Shown piece by piece: positions 25,109-36,810 of a stretch of DNA of 64,000 bases. The stretch spans positions 1,178,001-1,242,000 of the forward strand of contig JASTWF010000036.1 in the NCBI GenBank assembly GCA_030390025.1, written 5' to 3'. Made by a program: the position numbers and the translations under genes. Source of the stretch: Squalus acanthias (lineage: Eukaryota). A model generated the notes under the pieces. The model was not told the origin of the DNA and did not search any database. It saw nothing but the letters and a program-made list of their open reading frames with translations. Numbering within the stretch: the first letter of the stretch is position 1; each line of letters opens with the position of its first letter.

Positions 25109-26039
25109 ATCTGAAAGTCCCCCTTATCCTTGGAGGTAGATTTGAAACATTTTTTAAAAAGTGGTGGCTGGAAGGGATACAGAGATGTCTTTTCCTAGCC
25201 AACTCCAGAACCTTGGTGCAAGCTGGCGATTAGCTCCATACCATTTAATTACAGGAAATCAAGTACATAGCATTTATTCTGTTATACTGATTTGTGCACA
25301 GTGGAACGAGTTGATGTGACATTTGTCATGGACGTGGATGCATAAAATTGATGTGTTATCAGGAACATAACTCCGATGCCAACAGGAAATATCGCACAGC
25401 ATCTCACATCTGTTATATTTTGCAAGTTGAAGATCAAATAATCCCCTTCCTTTCCCCTCTTCCCCCTTCTCTTCCCCTCCACTCCATTTCCCACCTCTTC
25501 CCCTTTCCTTGTCCTCTCTTCCTCCCCCTACCCCCCACATCTGCTCCACCAACCGCACATCAAGCTATATTCTCCCCCTCCTCCCACCGCCCGCACTACC
25601 AGGGGCTTTCTGCCCGTTTGCCAACAGTTTCTCACCATTGGCAACAGCTCAGTGCTGGAAAACTAATGAAGAACCCAGGGAATAGGGCCAGGAACAGTGG
25701 GAGTGTCTGAGGCCAAGGTCAGAGGCCCACTGCAGGGCTACCTGAGGGAAGGGGACAAAAAACGGGTATTAGGTGTTGGGGGGAGAGTGGGGGGGGGGGC
25801 AGTAAGAAAAGGAGAGGCCTAAAGCCTGCATTGGCAGCCTTGGCGGGGTGGTGGAAAACTCCCAGGAGGCCTGGGGGGGGGGGGCGGTGGCGGTGGGGTA
25901 GAGCGGGAAAAAAGAGGTTGAGGCCCATAGAGGCGGTTAAGACAGTGGTGAGGAGGAGTGGGGGAGACACTGTAAGACAGAAAAAAATGTTTGTCAGAAA
26001 AATAAAGATTGCAGGCCTTTAAAAAAGAGCAATTTTATT

Positions 26040-26530
26040 GTATAGCTAGAAAGAAGTCAAGAGACACATTGCCCTGACTGGGAGAATTTTCGAGGCATTT
26101 TTCGATGTAATATAGGAATCATTCTGCAAGAGGTTATACTGACCATAGGATGTGAAAAGGAGACTGTACAAGGCTTGGATCCAGTCAGATCCTCTGTCTG
26201 GTGCTTAAATCTGGTCCCTGATGAAGGCACTAAAGATGAATGTTTTTGGACAGTATTGGGTATGAAGTGTGAGGACAGATTGAGCAACACTGAAATAATG
26301 AGGAGTGGACTGCTTGCACTGGCAGTGAGATGGGTGGGGTATATGGCTGACAATCGATACCGCCAAAAAGTGATGGAACAGATTCCTGCTTGGAAAAGAC
26401 CACTTGGACGGCCAAACGAGGTTTTGGGACTGTGAACGAGAAGATGTGAGCGGAAGAGCGACGGCAGGCTGGCAGAAGGGCGAGATCTTGTGTTATCTGT
26501 CCACTCTGCTGACGATGGCAGACTGACTAT
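26040..26530 (+). mobile_element. Old RTE-clade (RTE-X/L4-like) LINE 3' fragment
   Basis: Degenerate translation VLGMKCEDRLSNTEIM...RWVGY...KVMEQIPAWKRPLGRP resembles the RTE C-terminus. Confidence 0.6.
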
Positions 26531-26942
26531 CGCTTCAGGCTTGATGACCTCCGGCAACACTCCCTGCTTTTCCTGCTGGACTGCACACGACCTGCTTGAA
26601 CAACCCTAGGTCTCGGTTAGGGACTCTCCTGTTTTAGCCATGCACAGGAGTCTCACACAAACAAATCTCAGGAAATCCTTGTTGATTCATCTGGTTTGAC
26701 AGAACACAGCACCTTGGTTTACTGGAACACTATAACTGAAGAGAATACCTGGCCAGCTTTTTAAGTAAGAGAGATTCCTGCGCAACAAAGTAAACATCCC
26801 ACAGCATGCATTACCCGCCGGGCACAAAGACGTTTATCTTTTTGAGAAGAACTGAAATGCTCGTCACTTGGGATTGATTGAGGTGCATAAAAGTGTTATG
26901 CGTGCTAACTATTTCTGATGCGTATACCCGTCTTGATTATAC

Positions 26943-27757
26943 GGGCGCGATCTTGCCAGTCCTGGGGAGGCGGGTATGGAGGCGGGACTGCCGGGAAAAT
27001 GGCAGAATTTGGGGGCGGGTGCCCAATCCGCCTCCGTGCCATCTTGCCAGGAGGCGGGTAGCCGTCCCGTGCCGGGTCCCGTCTCCTTGCAGGCGGGAAG
27101 GGATCAAAGCCTATTAACTACCTGTTAACAGGTAGTTAACAGGCAGAAAATAGGATTATCCCCTTTTTGCCCTCACAAGTGCGGGCTTCCCGACGGCTCC
27201 GAAACCCGCCAGGCTCAGCGAGGCGAGTAGGGAGTCTGCGGGGGTCGGTGCAAGAGTGTGGTGTGAAGGTAAGTGATGGGTGTAAGAGTGGAGAGGTGAG
27301 TATCTGAGGTAAGTGCAAAGTGTTAGTAAAAGTGTACTTACCTTTGTTTCTCCCTGCAGGCTTCAGTCGTTGGGGATGCGGAGAGTCTCGCGCCTCCGCG
27401 TTGGGGATGATAGATGGCCGTTGCATTCTCAGATGCAACAGCCATCTAATTTCTGCAAAAGAAAGAGGTTTGATGAGGTCTTGAATTGAAAACCTCATCA
27501 AACTACATGACAGCTTCACAGAGCTGTCAAACGATGACAATTCATCTGTCAAAAATTGTTGACAGATGAAACGTCATACGCTGACGTGCTCTGCATCCGG
27601 CTTTCCCTTAATTGGCCTGCTAAACCCGCTGGGCGGGCTTAACAAGGTCAATCAAGGGAAAATAGCGTGGGTTGGCCAGAAGTTGATGGAGGCGGGACTG
27701 AAACTCGACAAGTGGGAGCCCCGCCTCCAAAAGCTCCCCATTGGCAAAATCGCCCCC
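26943..27757. mobile_element. PIF/Harbinger-like MITE family A, copy 2
   Basis: TIRs gggcgcgatcttgcca / tggcaaaatcgccccc; colinear with 1428-2273; no clean TSD. Confidence 0.8.
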
Positions 27758-28525
27758 GTACGTGTCGGAAGTCATCAGCTACCACATCAGAGTGGTTGAG
27801 GACGTCTGACCTTTCACCTATTGATCGCTAGTTTTGGTTAGGGGTAGAGTATTCGGATGGAATACGAGATGGTCGTTAGGGAGAGGCTGGTGTTGAATGG
27901 GCAACGACCATCAATTAATGGGAGAGTGAAGGGATGAGGTGAAACATATTACAGTCTGATCCCTTAGGATCGGCTTTTTAAAAAAAAATGCTACTTCCTT
28001 TCAGGATATACGTCACTTCTTGTTTAACTTGGTTTCCTTTTCTTATTTGATTTATTTCTGGTTTCCTTTCTACTTTTTTTTTTCCATCTGTTTTTTACTA
28101 GTCTTGTTCGCGTCATAAATCTAGGCAGCAAATGGGATAAAATGGCCTGCAGACCACAAGAGCCTGTGTTTATAATGGGAAAGCAAAGGTGAGAGACATT
28201 GCCTTGGGAGTAGAAGCTTTTTCCCATTTCTGACAATGTCCCCTCTCCAAAATGAACCAGCTCGAACAACATTTGTGGAATCGACTGCGTAATTAAGAAA
28301 TTCAAGAAGGTCAGAACCATATTATATGATCAATTAATGTACCCTTCACCTCTAGGGACTGGGCTTACACTCCAGCTTTCAGTAGTTCCCAATAACATAG
28401 CAAATGTCTGAGAAATAAAAATGATATTCAAAGTCATTTTAAAGATATTTTTTATTAAAATATTTCTTGCTTCCATTTTTATTCTTTTTTTCCTCCCCCT
28501 GCTTCTTGTTTATAATAAGCTCTTC

Positions 28526-29940
28526 ATAGAATCAGAGAAACTTACAGCACAGAAGGAGGCCATTTGGCCCATCGTGCCCGTGCTGGCTCTTTGAACAAGC
28601 AGGCGTGCTTTGTCCCACATCCCCGCTTTTTGTCCGTAACCCTGCAAGTTCCTCATCCTCAAGTACCTGTCCAACTCCCTTTTAAAATGATTTAAAATCA
28701 GCTTCCAGCACCTATTCTAGATCCCAGCAACTCTCTGAGTGAAAAACATTCTCCTCATCTCCCCACTAGATCTTTTTCCAATGATTTTGAATCTTTGACC
28801 TCTGGTTATTGACCCACTCGCCAGAGGGAATAGTTTTTCTCCATCCAAACCTCTCATCATCTTGACAACCTCTATTAGGTCACCTCTTAACCGTCTCTGT
28901 TCCAAGGAGAAGAGTCCTAGGGTGAGAAATTCGGCTCTTTTGCGCCTGCTGTTAGAGCCTCCAGGGGGCGCTAACGGGGCGCAAAGGGCTTATTGCCTGG
29001 GGATAGGGCGAGAAAAGCACCTCCCGAGAAATTTGGCGGGGCGTTGATGAGGCGCTACCCGATAGCACCGCGCCCCCGCCGCTGCGCCACCGGCGATGAC
29101 GTCATCAGCGTGCGCCGCGCCCCGCCGCGGCCTCTTACCACCCCGCGGCAGAAATTCGGCTGTGCCCTGCGAGGCTGCCGCAGGCGATGCCAGTGCCAGC
29201 CTCATGGGTCGCGAACCGGGCCGACCTCCGCTCGCGGGGCGGTATTTAAAGGGGAGGTGCGGCCGTGACCCGTGCCGCCATTTTCTTTTATTGGCTGACC
29301 TCCAAGTCGGCCCTCCGTGGTGGGCCGTGACGTGGTCCTGGCCACCATCGCGCGGGCTGTGGCCGCGGCACCACGCCTCCCTGATGGCCTAGTGTGGGCC
29401 ATGCAGAGTGCGCAGCAGCCCTCCCCTTTAACTGAAGGGGAGGGGCGTTGAAACACGGCAGCGCTCCGCGGAGCCGCCACGGAGCGCTGCCGATCGCGTC
29501 CCAACATCGCCTCGGATACCGCCCCACCAGGAAGTGGAGCACCTGACATTGTGCTCCACTTCCTGTTCGGGGCGGTAAGCCGAATTTAGCGGCCGGGGCG
29601 GTACTTCCGCGCCGGGCGCTAAATGTCCGGCCTTAACTCGGTTACCGCCCCCAAACGGGGTGTAACCGAATTTCGCGCCCCTACCTTTTCCAACCTCTCC
29701 TCACAACTGGAGTCCCTCATCCCTGGTAACATCCTGGTAAACCTCCTCTGCACCCTTTCTAAGGCCTTTCTTTCCTGAAGTGTGGGGCCCAGAATTGCCC
29801 ACAATACTCCAGCTGAGGCCTAACCAGTGATTTATAAAGTTCGAGCATGATCTCTTTGCTTTTATATTCTATTCCTCTATTTATAAACCCAAGCAACCCA
29901 CATGCTTTTTTAACCACCTGATCAACTTGCCCTGCCACCT
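28526..29940 (-). mobile_element. CR1 3' fragment interrupted by a MITE
   Basis: Minus strand encodes ALERVQRRFTRMLPG and EQRRLRGDLIEV; continuous across the insertion. Confidence 0.9.
28920..29680. mobile_element. GC/CpG-rich PIF/Harbinger-like MITE (family C)
   Basis: TIRs gggtgagaaattcgg / ccgaatttcgcgccc; CTA TSD (28917-28919, 29681-29683) inside CR1. Confidence 0.85.
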
Positions 29941-30951
29941 TGCTTACAATGTCCTTTTATTTATTTTAAAGGACTTTTTATGTTGGGTTAGGATGAATAC
30001 AATATAAAGAGCTGAAATGAGCAATGCGATGAGTACTCTCTATTCAGTTTCCAGTAAAAATATACTTAGCTCCAAGTAGCACTAGAAATCAGGAAAAGGT
30101 TGGACTTTTGTACATCAGCAGAGCGGAGAGCTGATGCAACTCTTACTTCCACATGGAGTGATCGTGAGCTATGGTTCTGATCGAAGACGAGGACATTTTC
30201 AGTTACACAAAATTTGACCTTCTGATACTTGTACTTTTTTTAAAAAAAAACTTCTATTTTTGTGGCCCACAGTTATTATTTAATAGGATCATAAAATCTC
30301 CTGTCGGCACCTCAATGTCCCTAAGCGTTTAGATTTCAATTTGGCAAAGCAATTTTGTTTTAATCGAGACAGAAGTGTAATTTTGCAGCAAGCTATTAAA
30401 AAAAAAACCCTGTTTAATAGGGCCCACTCATCAGGAGTTTTTAAACTACTTATCGAAGATTACCTGTCAGCCATTTTGACATCCTGACGTGTCACTGTGC
30501 AGAGAGAGCTGGTGAGCCTCTCATCGCAAGCTGTTGTCGGAGAAAATCATAGACTCACTGTTACATTTTCTTTGGCTCTTTTTTTAAAAAAAAGACATGT
30601 TAATTTTCTTGCCTCAGATCTCCCTCCCTGCTTGACCACTGTGGTGACATCAATTATGAGGAGCGATCTTGGATCTTGGTTCTCTCTCAGATAGCGTGCG
30701 ACACACCCACCATCAAGCAGGCCTGAGAACAGCTTGGGACCCATTCGACCCGAGGGAACCATATTTAGAGCAGGGAATGCAATATTTCCTTTTATGGAAA
30801 GGGGAGCATTTTAAACAAGAAGTTGGACATTCCCTCTTATTTACTGATTGTACTCAGTCAGGTCTCCACATCATAAGACGCGAACGAAGTGGGAGAATTA
30901 TTTTTGAAAAAATTCTTTTGATGTGTGGTTTAGTAATCTCTGGATAATCCA

Positions 30952-31484
30952 ATAATTGGCAGGATAGGCGCACCAACGTCAGTGTTCTCGCTCAGGCCAA
31001 CATCGAAGCTTTGCCCACGCTCGATCAGCTCCGATGGGCAGGTCACATCGTCCGCATGCCCGATACGAGACTCCCAAAACAAGCGCTCTACTCGGAGCTC
31101 CGACGTGGCAAGAGAGCCCCAGGTGGGCAGAGGAAACGCTTCAAGGACACCCTCAAAGCCTCCTTGAAAAAGTGCAACATCCCCACCGACACCTGGGAAT
31201 CCCTGGCCCAAGACCGTACAAAGTGGAGGAGAAGCATCCGGGAAGGCGCCGAACACCTCGAGTTTCTTCGCCGGGAGCAAGCGGAAGCCAAGCGCAAACA
31301 GCGGAAGGAGCGCACGTCAACCCAAGCACCCCACCCACCCGCCCCTTCAACCACCGTCTGCCCCACCTGTGACAGAGACTGGAGGTCCTGCATTGGACTC
31401 ATCAGTCACCTGAGAACCCATTTTTAGTGTGGAAGCAAGTCATCCTCGGTTCCGAGGGACTGCCTAAGAAGAAGAAGAAGAGAA
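30952..31484 (+). mobile_element. RTE-clade (BovB-like) LINE 3' end
   Basis: QLRWAGHIVRMPDTRLPKQALYSEL...CPTC...HLRTH; (aag)n tail; 9-bp TSD gataatcca (30943-30951, 31485-31493). Confidence 0.92.
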
Positions 31485-31569
31485 GATAATCCACTCAAAA
31501 ACCTGATTGTCTGGATCAAAACCAGACTTACTCCACGGTTTTGTGACATTTCACAACTTTGGATTAGAC

Positions 31570-31755
31570 CAGAGGTTCCCAAACTGTGGCGTGCCTACCC
31601 CTGGGGTTAGGTGAGACATCTCTGGGGGGGAGGGGAGGGGGGTACGCGGGAGAAATTGTCTAATGGTGGATTTTATTTATTAATTCTTTTATTTGTTTAT
31701 TGCATTTTGATCATCTGGAAGTGGGTACGCAATAAGTAAAGTTTGGGAACCTCTG
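31570..31755. mobile_element. hAT (Charlie-like) MITE
   Basis: Perfect TIR cagaggttcccaaact / agtttgggaacctctg; perfect 8-bp TSD gattagac. Confidence 0.92.
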
Positions 31756-31990
31756 GATTAGACGATACATATGGGTCGTTCCCGAGGCAAGAAACCGAAT
31801 GAACACCCTCTTAAAAAGGGTTCCCTGCATTGTTCTTGTGTTGTATTGTTGTTGGGACTCCCAATAATCCAGCATTAGTGCGGGCTTAAACAGTTTTACA
31901 TACAGCAACTCCTTGCTAGCTTGCAAACTCCACCTTGCAGATTGATCGAACCAGTTGTTTAATTGAAACATCGACACTTTAATGGACGAT

Positions 31991-32412
31991 GTCAGCCGTG
32001 GCTCTCGCCTCTGAGTCAGAAGGTCATGGGTTCAAGTCCCACTCCAGAGACTTGAGCACAAAAATCTAGGCTGACACTCCAGTGCAGTGCTGAGGGAGTG
32101 CTGCACTGTCGGAGGTGCTGTCTTTCAGATGAGACGTTAAACTGAGGCCCCGTCTGCCCTCTCAGGTGGACGTAAAAGATCCCATGGCACTATTTGAAGA
32201 AGAGCAGGGGAGTTCTCCCTGGTGTCCTGGTCAATGTTTATCCCTCAACCAACATCAGTAAAACAGATTATCTGGTCAGGTGTGCAAATTGGTTGTTGCA
32301 TTTCCCTACATTACAACAGTGACTACACTTCAAAAGTACTTCATTGGCTGTAAAGCGCTTTGGGACGTCCTGAGGTTGTGAAAGGCGCCGGAGAAATGCA
32401 CGTCTTTCGTTC
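31991..32412 (+). mobile_element. SacSINE1-like SINE
   Basis: Head, Deu core and tail, with small internal deletions. Confidence 0.88.
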
Positions 32413-32492
32413 TCTGCATTCCCAAACTGATATCACACACACAGTATATAATACCATTTTTTCAGGCAGTACCTGAAGCCAAGATAATTGGA

Positions 32493-32702
32493 CATGATGT
32501 GGAGATGCCGGTGTTGGACTGGGGTGGACGAAATGTGAGAAGTCGCACAACACCAGGTTATAGTCCAACAGCTTTATTTGAAATCACAAGCTTTCGGAGC
32601 TGCTGCTCCTTCACTTCACCTGACGAAGGAGCAGCGCTCCGAAAGCTTGTGATTTCAAATAAAGCTGTTAGACTATAACCTGGTGTTGTGCGACTTCTCA
32701 CA
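32493..32702. mobile_element. Fold-back Penelope-like element remnant, copy 2
   Basis: Inverted arms ~32534-32612 / 32625-32702; 13-bp TSD caagataattgga / caagattattgga; same left leader ggagatgccggtgttggactggggtggac as the 4.2-kb copy. Confidence 0.8.
32617..32651 (+). ncRNA. Minimal hammerhead ribozyme motif
   Basis: CAC-CTGACGA-A-GGAGC-AGC-GCTCC-GAAAGCTT-GTG. Confidence 0.78.
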
Positions 32703-33599
32703 AGATTATTGGAGGGGAAGCTCGGCAGTCCAGAATAGTCAAATTCACGAGACCCGTGCAAGAGACACATACAGAAACTGCAGCACTCCTGATCAAAACA
32801 AGATAAGAACAGACCTGCAGGTAACTGGTTTCATTCCATTGCTCCCACCAAGGAGACGAGTTCAAGTGTTTCTGCTTTAAGTCAGCATCTCAGACAAAAC
32901 CGACTGTACTCATTATATTTTTTTTTACCTTTTCTGTTAGAAAAATGTGTCATTTGATTGATGAATTCAATATTAAACTGTACAGCAAATTACTCGGCAG
33001 ACATACCACAACCTGTTGGGAGTGTGTGAACGACACCACATGCATACTGAATGCGGTACTTAGATCTGTATAACCATCACAAAATCTATGCTGCCACCAG
33101 GCTTCTTTGCTTTGATATCTTCAGTGAGGCTGTTTTTTTCAGTGGTAATTTAACATTCGTTCTAGTGTCTTGAGATTAAACAGGGAGCCTTGCTGTCAGT
33201 ATGTATTCCTTTATATATATATATCTCTAAAAAAGAGAAAAATTAGAATTCTAGTTGCCTTTTACATTGAATTCGCTTTCTTTCCGCACCGACTTTCCCC
33301 TTGATTTGTTGCTGTTAATATTTTGTTATGAGAAGGGAGCGCTCGTGACTTTACTGAAAGGGCGAGGGTGTCTCATTTCGAGGAATGAGTGAGCTTCATA
33401 GTTCAAGGCAGGTGTACAGCTGAGGTAATGGAAGTTTGGAAACACACTTGATAAATGACTGTACCTCCACTGAAGTGAACTCGGCTCATTTACACAGTCT
33501 CCGACTTTCACACATTCTTTCTCCTGCCCTCAAAACTGGGGAAATCCTTTTGCCTCCCTAATTCCTTCATTACTCTGACAAACCACAGGCTTTTCAAAA

Positions 33600-34690
33600 A
33601 GGAGGGCGGGGGACGGAGGGAGAGAGGGGGGGAGGGAGAGAGGGGGGGACGGAGGGAGAGAGGGGGAAGGAGAGAGGGGGGGACGGAGGGAGAGAGGGGG
33701 GAAGGAGAGAGGGGGGGGATGGAGGGAGAGAGGGGGAAGGAGAGAGGGGGGGATGGAGGGAGAGAGGGGGGAGGGAGAGAGGGGGGAAGGAGAGAGGGGG
33801 GGGATGGAGGGAGAGAGGGGGGAAGGAGAGAGGGGGGAGGGAGAGAGGGGGGGGACGGAGGGAGAGAGGGGGGAGGGAGAGAGGGGGGGATGGAGGGAGA
33901 GAGGGGGGAGGGAGAGAGGGGGGGATGTAGGGAGAGAGGGGGGAAGGAGAGAGGGGGAAGGAGAGAGGGGGGAAGGAGAGAGGGGGGAAGGAGAGAAGGG
34001 GGAAGGAGAGAGGGGGGGAGGAGAGAGGGGGAGAAGGAGAGAGGGGGGAAGGAGAGAGGGGGGAAGGAGAGAGGGGGGGAAGGAGAGAGGGGGAGAAGGA
34101 GAGAGGGGGGAAGGAGAGAGGGGGGAAGGAGAGAGGGGGGAAGGAGAGAGGGGGGAAGGAGAGAGGGGGGGAAGGAGAGAGGGAGGGGGACAGATGGAGA
34201 GAGGAGGGAAGGAGAGAGGAGGGAAGGAGAGAGGAGGGAAGGAGAGAGGGGGGAAGGAGAGAGGGAGGGGGAAGGAGAGGGGGGACAGGAGAGAGGGGGG
34301 AAGGAGAGGGAGGGGGAAGGAGAGAGGGGTGGGAGAGAGGGAGGGGGACAGACGGAGAGAGGGGGAGGAGAGAGGGGAAGGAGAGAGGGAGGGGGACAGA
34401 CGGAGAGAGGGAGGGGAAGACGGAGAGAGGGAGGGGGAAGGAGAGAGGGAGGGGTAAGGAGAGAAGGAGGGGAAGGAGAGAGGGAGGGGGAAGGAGAGAG
34501 GGAGAGGGAAGGAGAAGAGGGGAGAAGGAGAGAAGGGGGGAAGGAGGGAAGGGGATGGAGAGAGGGAGGGGGGAAGGAGGGGGAAAGGGAAGAAAAGGGG
34601 AGAGGGGTAAGAAGGAGAGAGGGAGAAGGGAGGAGGAAGGGGCGTGGGGTAGGAAGGAGAGGGGGGGGAGGAGAGAGGAGGGGGGAAGAA
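33600..34690 (+). repeat. Polypurine minisatellite (~15-16 bp, ggaaggagagaggggg)
   Basis: About 1.1 kb almost exclusively G/A, with regular G-runs. Confidence 0.95.
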
Positions 34691-35780
34691 TCAAAGGGAA
34701 ACCCTAACTACCACTCCCGCACATACTGACAAGGCCCTGGTTCAAGAATGCCACTGGGGATGGTGGCCATTTCCCATCACAATGATGCTTGCAATAATGG
34801 GGGGAAAGCTTCCATATGTTGAAAGGTAAGAATGAGAAAATGCCACAAAATGGCTTCTAGAAAGTGGAAGTTTGTGTCTTGCAGGAGCCAGACTGTGTTG
34901 TACAGTGTGTCGATTCTCTCCTCACCTCAGGCCCACTCACATCTCCACCCTGGCTCAGAAGACTTTTTCCGATGTCTCTTGCTGTCAGTCTGAGTGAAAT
35001 TTTGTTTTTTCTTCCCTTTCGCCTGAGCTGTGTGCCAGTGTTTGAATTTTCACTTCACGGCACACTGTGCAGAAGCGTGGCTTCAGCCTACCAATTATTG
35101 ATACAAGGGTGATGCAGCGTGCTGAGGTACCAAACTGCTGTGCCACATGGGCCGAGAATGTACATGAAGCCCTGCAGGCTAAGTTCACTATCTTAAGGAA
35201 TATCATCAAGGCAAGGAGCCGAGCTGTGGCTTGTAGTTCCTCAATCATAGGGAGAGCAACCTGGAGATGAGATGTCCTGTCCTCGTTCCTAAAAGGGAGG
35301 GGGGGCCCCCAAAAAAGTCATTTGTATGTGTAATAAAAACCTGCATCGTAAGAACTGATTCTTAACGTAGATTAATCACTTGATTATGGACAGTCGACCG
35401 CACATTGATAAGTCAAGAGCCCCTTTCTATTTTCATTAGCAGATTCAGGCAGTCCCTCAGCCACAAACCAGTAACAGTTACAAATGTAATCAGACAAAAA
35501 CGTCAAGTGCATACTCCGAAAAATTTATCGGTGGTCGGAAAATGCAGTCGGTGTCGGACTTCATTTGGTGTTCAACAATCATCCAAGCCCCACCCCTGTG
35601 GTGCAGGAGCCCTGCTGGACCACCCCACCCCCATTAGATTGTCTTTGCCATGCACTCCCTTCTGTCCAATCGTCTACACGTTAGTGGCTGCACGAAGTGA
35701 AAAAACAATTCTGTGACTGGAAATTAAGTTTACAGTTCTGGCATTCAGACTACTCCAGCAGTACAGTAAGCACTCATAAT

Positions 35781-36393
35781 TAAAGGGGCGGTGCCTCTGT
35801 ATTTAAAGGGCGGTGTCTCTGTATTTAAAGGGGCGGTGCCTCTGTATTTAAAGGGGCGGTGTCTCTGTATTTAAAGGGGCGGTGCCTCTGTATTTAAAGG
35901 GGGCGGTGTCTCTGTGTTTATAGGGGCAGTGCCTCTTTATTTAAAGGGGCAGTGTCTCTGTATTTAAAGGGGGCGGTGTCTCTGTGTTTAAAGGGGCAGT
36001 GCCTCTTTATTTAAAGGGGCAGTGTCTCTGTATTTAAAGGGGCGGTGCCTCTTTATTTAAAGGGGCAGTGTCTCTGTATTTAAAGGGGCGGTGCCTCTGT
36101 ATTTAAAGGGGCGGTGCCTCTTCATTTAAAGGGGCAGTGTCTCTATTTAAAGGGGCGGTGTTTCTGTATTTAAAGGGGCAGTGCCTCTTTATTTAAAGGG
36201 GCAGTGCCTCTTTATTTAAAGGGGCAGTGTCTCTGTATTTAAAGGGGCGGTGTTTCTGTATTTAAAGGGGCAGTGCCTCTTTATTTAAAGGGGCAGTGTC
36301 TCTATTTAAAGGGGCGGTGTTTCTGTATTTAAAGGGGCAGTGCCTCTTTATTTAAAGGGGCGGTGTCTCTTTATTTAAAGGGGTGGTCGCTCT
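35781..36393 (+). repeat. ~23-bp minisatellite (tatttaaaggggcggtgcctctg), about 26 copies
   Basis: Direct tandem array with minor variants. Confidence 0.95.
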
Positions 36394-36800
36394 GGGGGAA
36401 ATTTTAACTTGAAAAAACAGGTGGGTTGGGGGCAAGGGGGGGAAATTAAAGTATTAAAAATCTAAATCCTGACCCCAACCCGCCTCCAGCCCACCCACTT
36501 TCAGCTTTTACTCAGGCATGACAGGGGACGGGCAGCCAACCCGCTGCCAGGAGGCAGGTTGGCATTTTAAATATGATAATGAGGCCCTGAAACCCCTGCT
36601 TTAACCTGCTGTGCAGGTTTTACTGCGGCCAGCCAGGGATCCCGGGCCTTGGGATTCCCGGTAGCTGCAGCGAGGCGACGACAGCCTCGGGGAGCAATTC
36701 TTGTGGGCCGGGAAGCGCAGGATTGCTTCCCTTCGGCCCCGCAAGCACACCCACCAGCTGCCTGCCCCATACAAACACCTCCCCCCACCCCCCCCGGGAT
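36394..36800. mobile_element. One end of a probable Harbinger-like MITE
   Basis: Starts gggggaaattttaac; contains acccgcctcc and ggaggcaggt motifs like family A; no partner TIR seen. Confidence 0.45.
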
Positions 36801-36810
36801 CGGGGATCGG

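Noticed and set aside
22620..25114. Two separate genes, or an active LINE
   Set aside because: A single ORF2 broken by a 1-bp frameshift, lacking ORF1, the C-terminus and the 3' UTR
32455..32830. Removing the Penelope-like insert gives a frame AVPEAKIIGGEARQSR that recalls a serine-protease IIGG start
   Set aside because: Downstream residues do not resemble a protease and a stop follows soon; probably chance
33594..34729. 366-, 336- and 234-aa Pro/Leu/Ser or Gly/Glu/Arg ORFs
   Set aside because: Low-complexity purine array that lacks stop codons
35781..36393. CRISPR-like periodicity (also at 1-167)
   Set aside because: Head-to-tail units with no unique spacers, no cas genes, eukaryotic context
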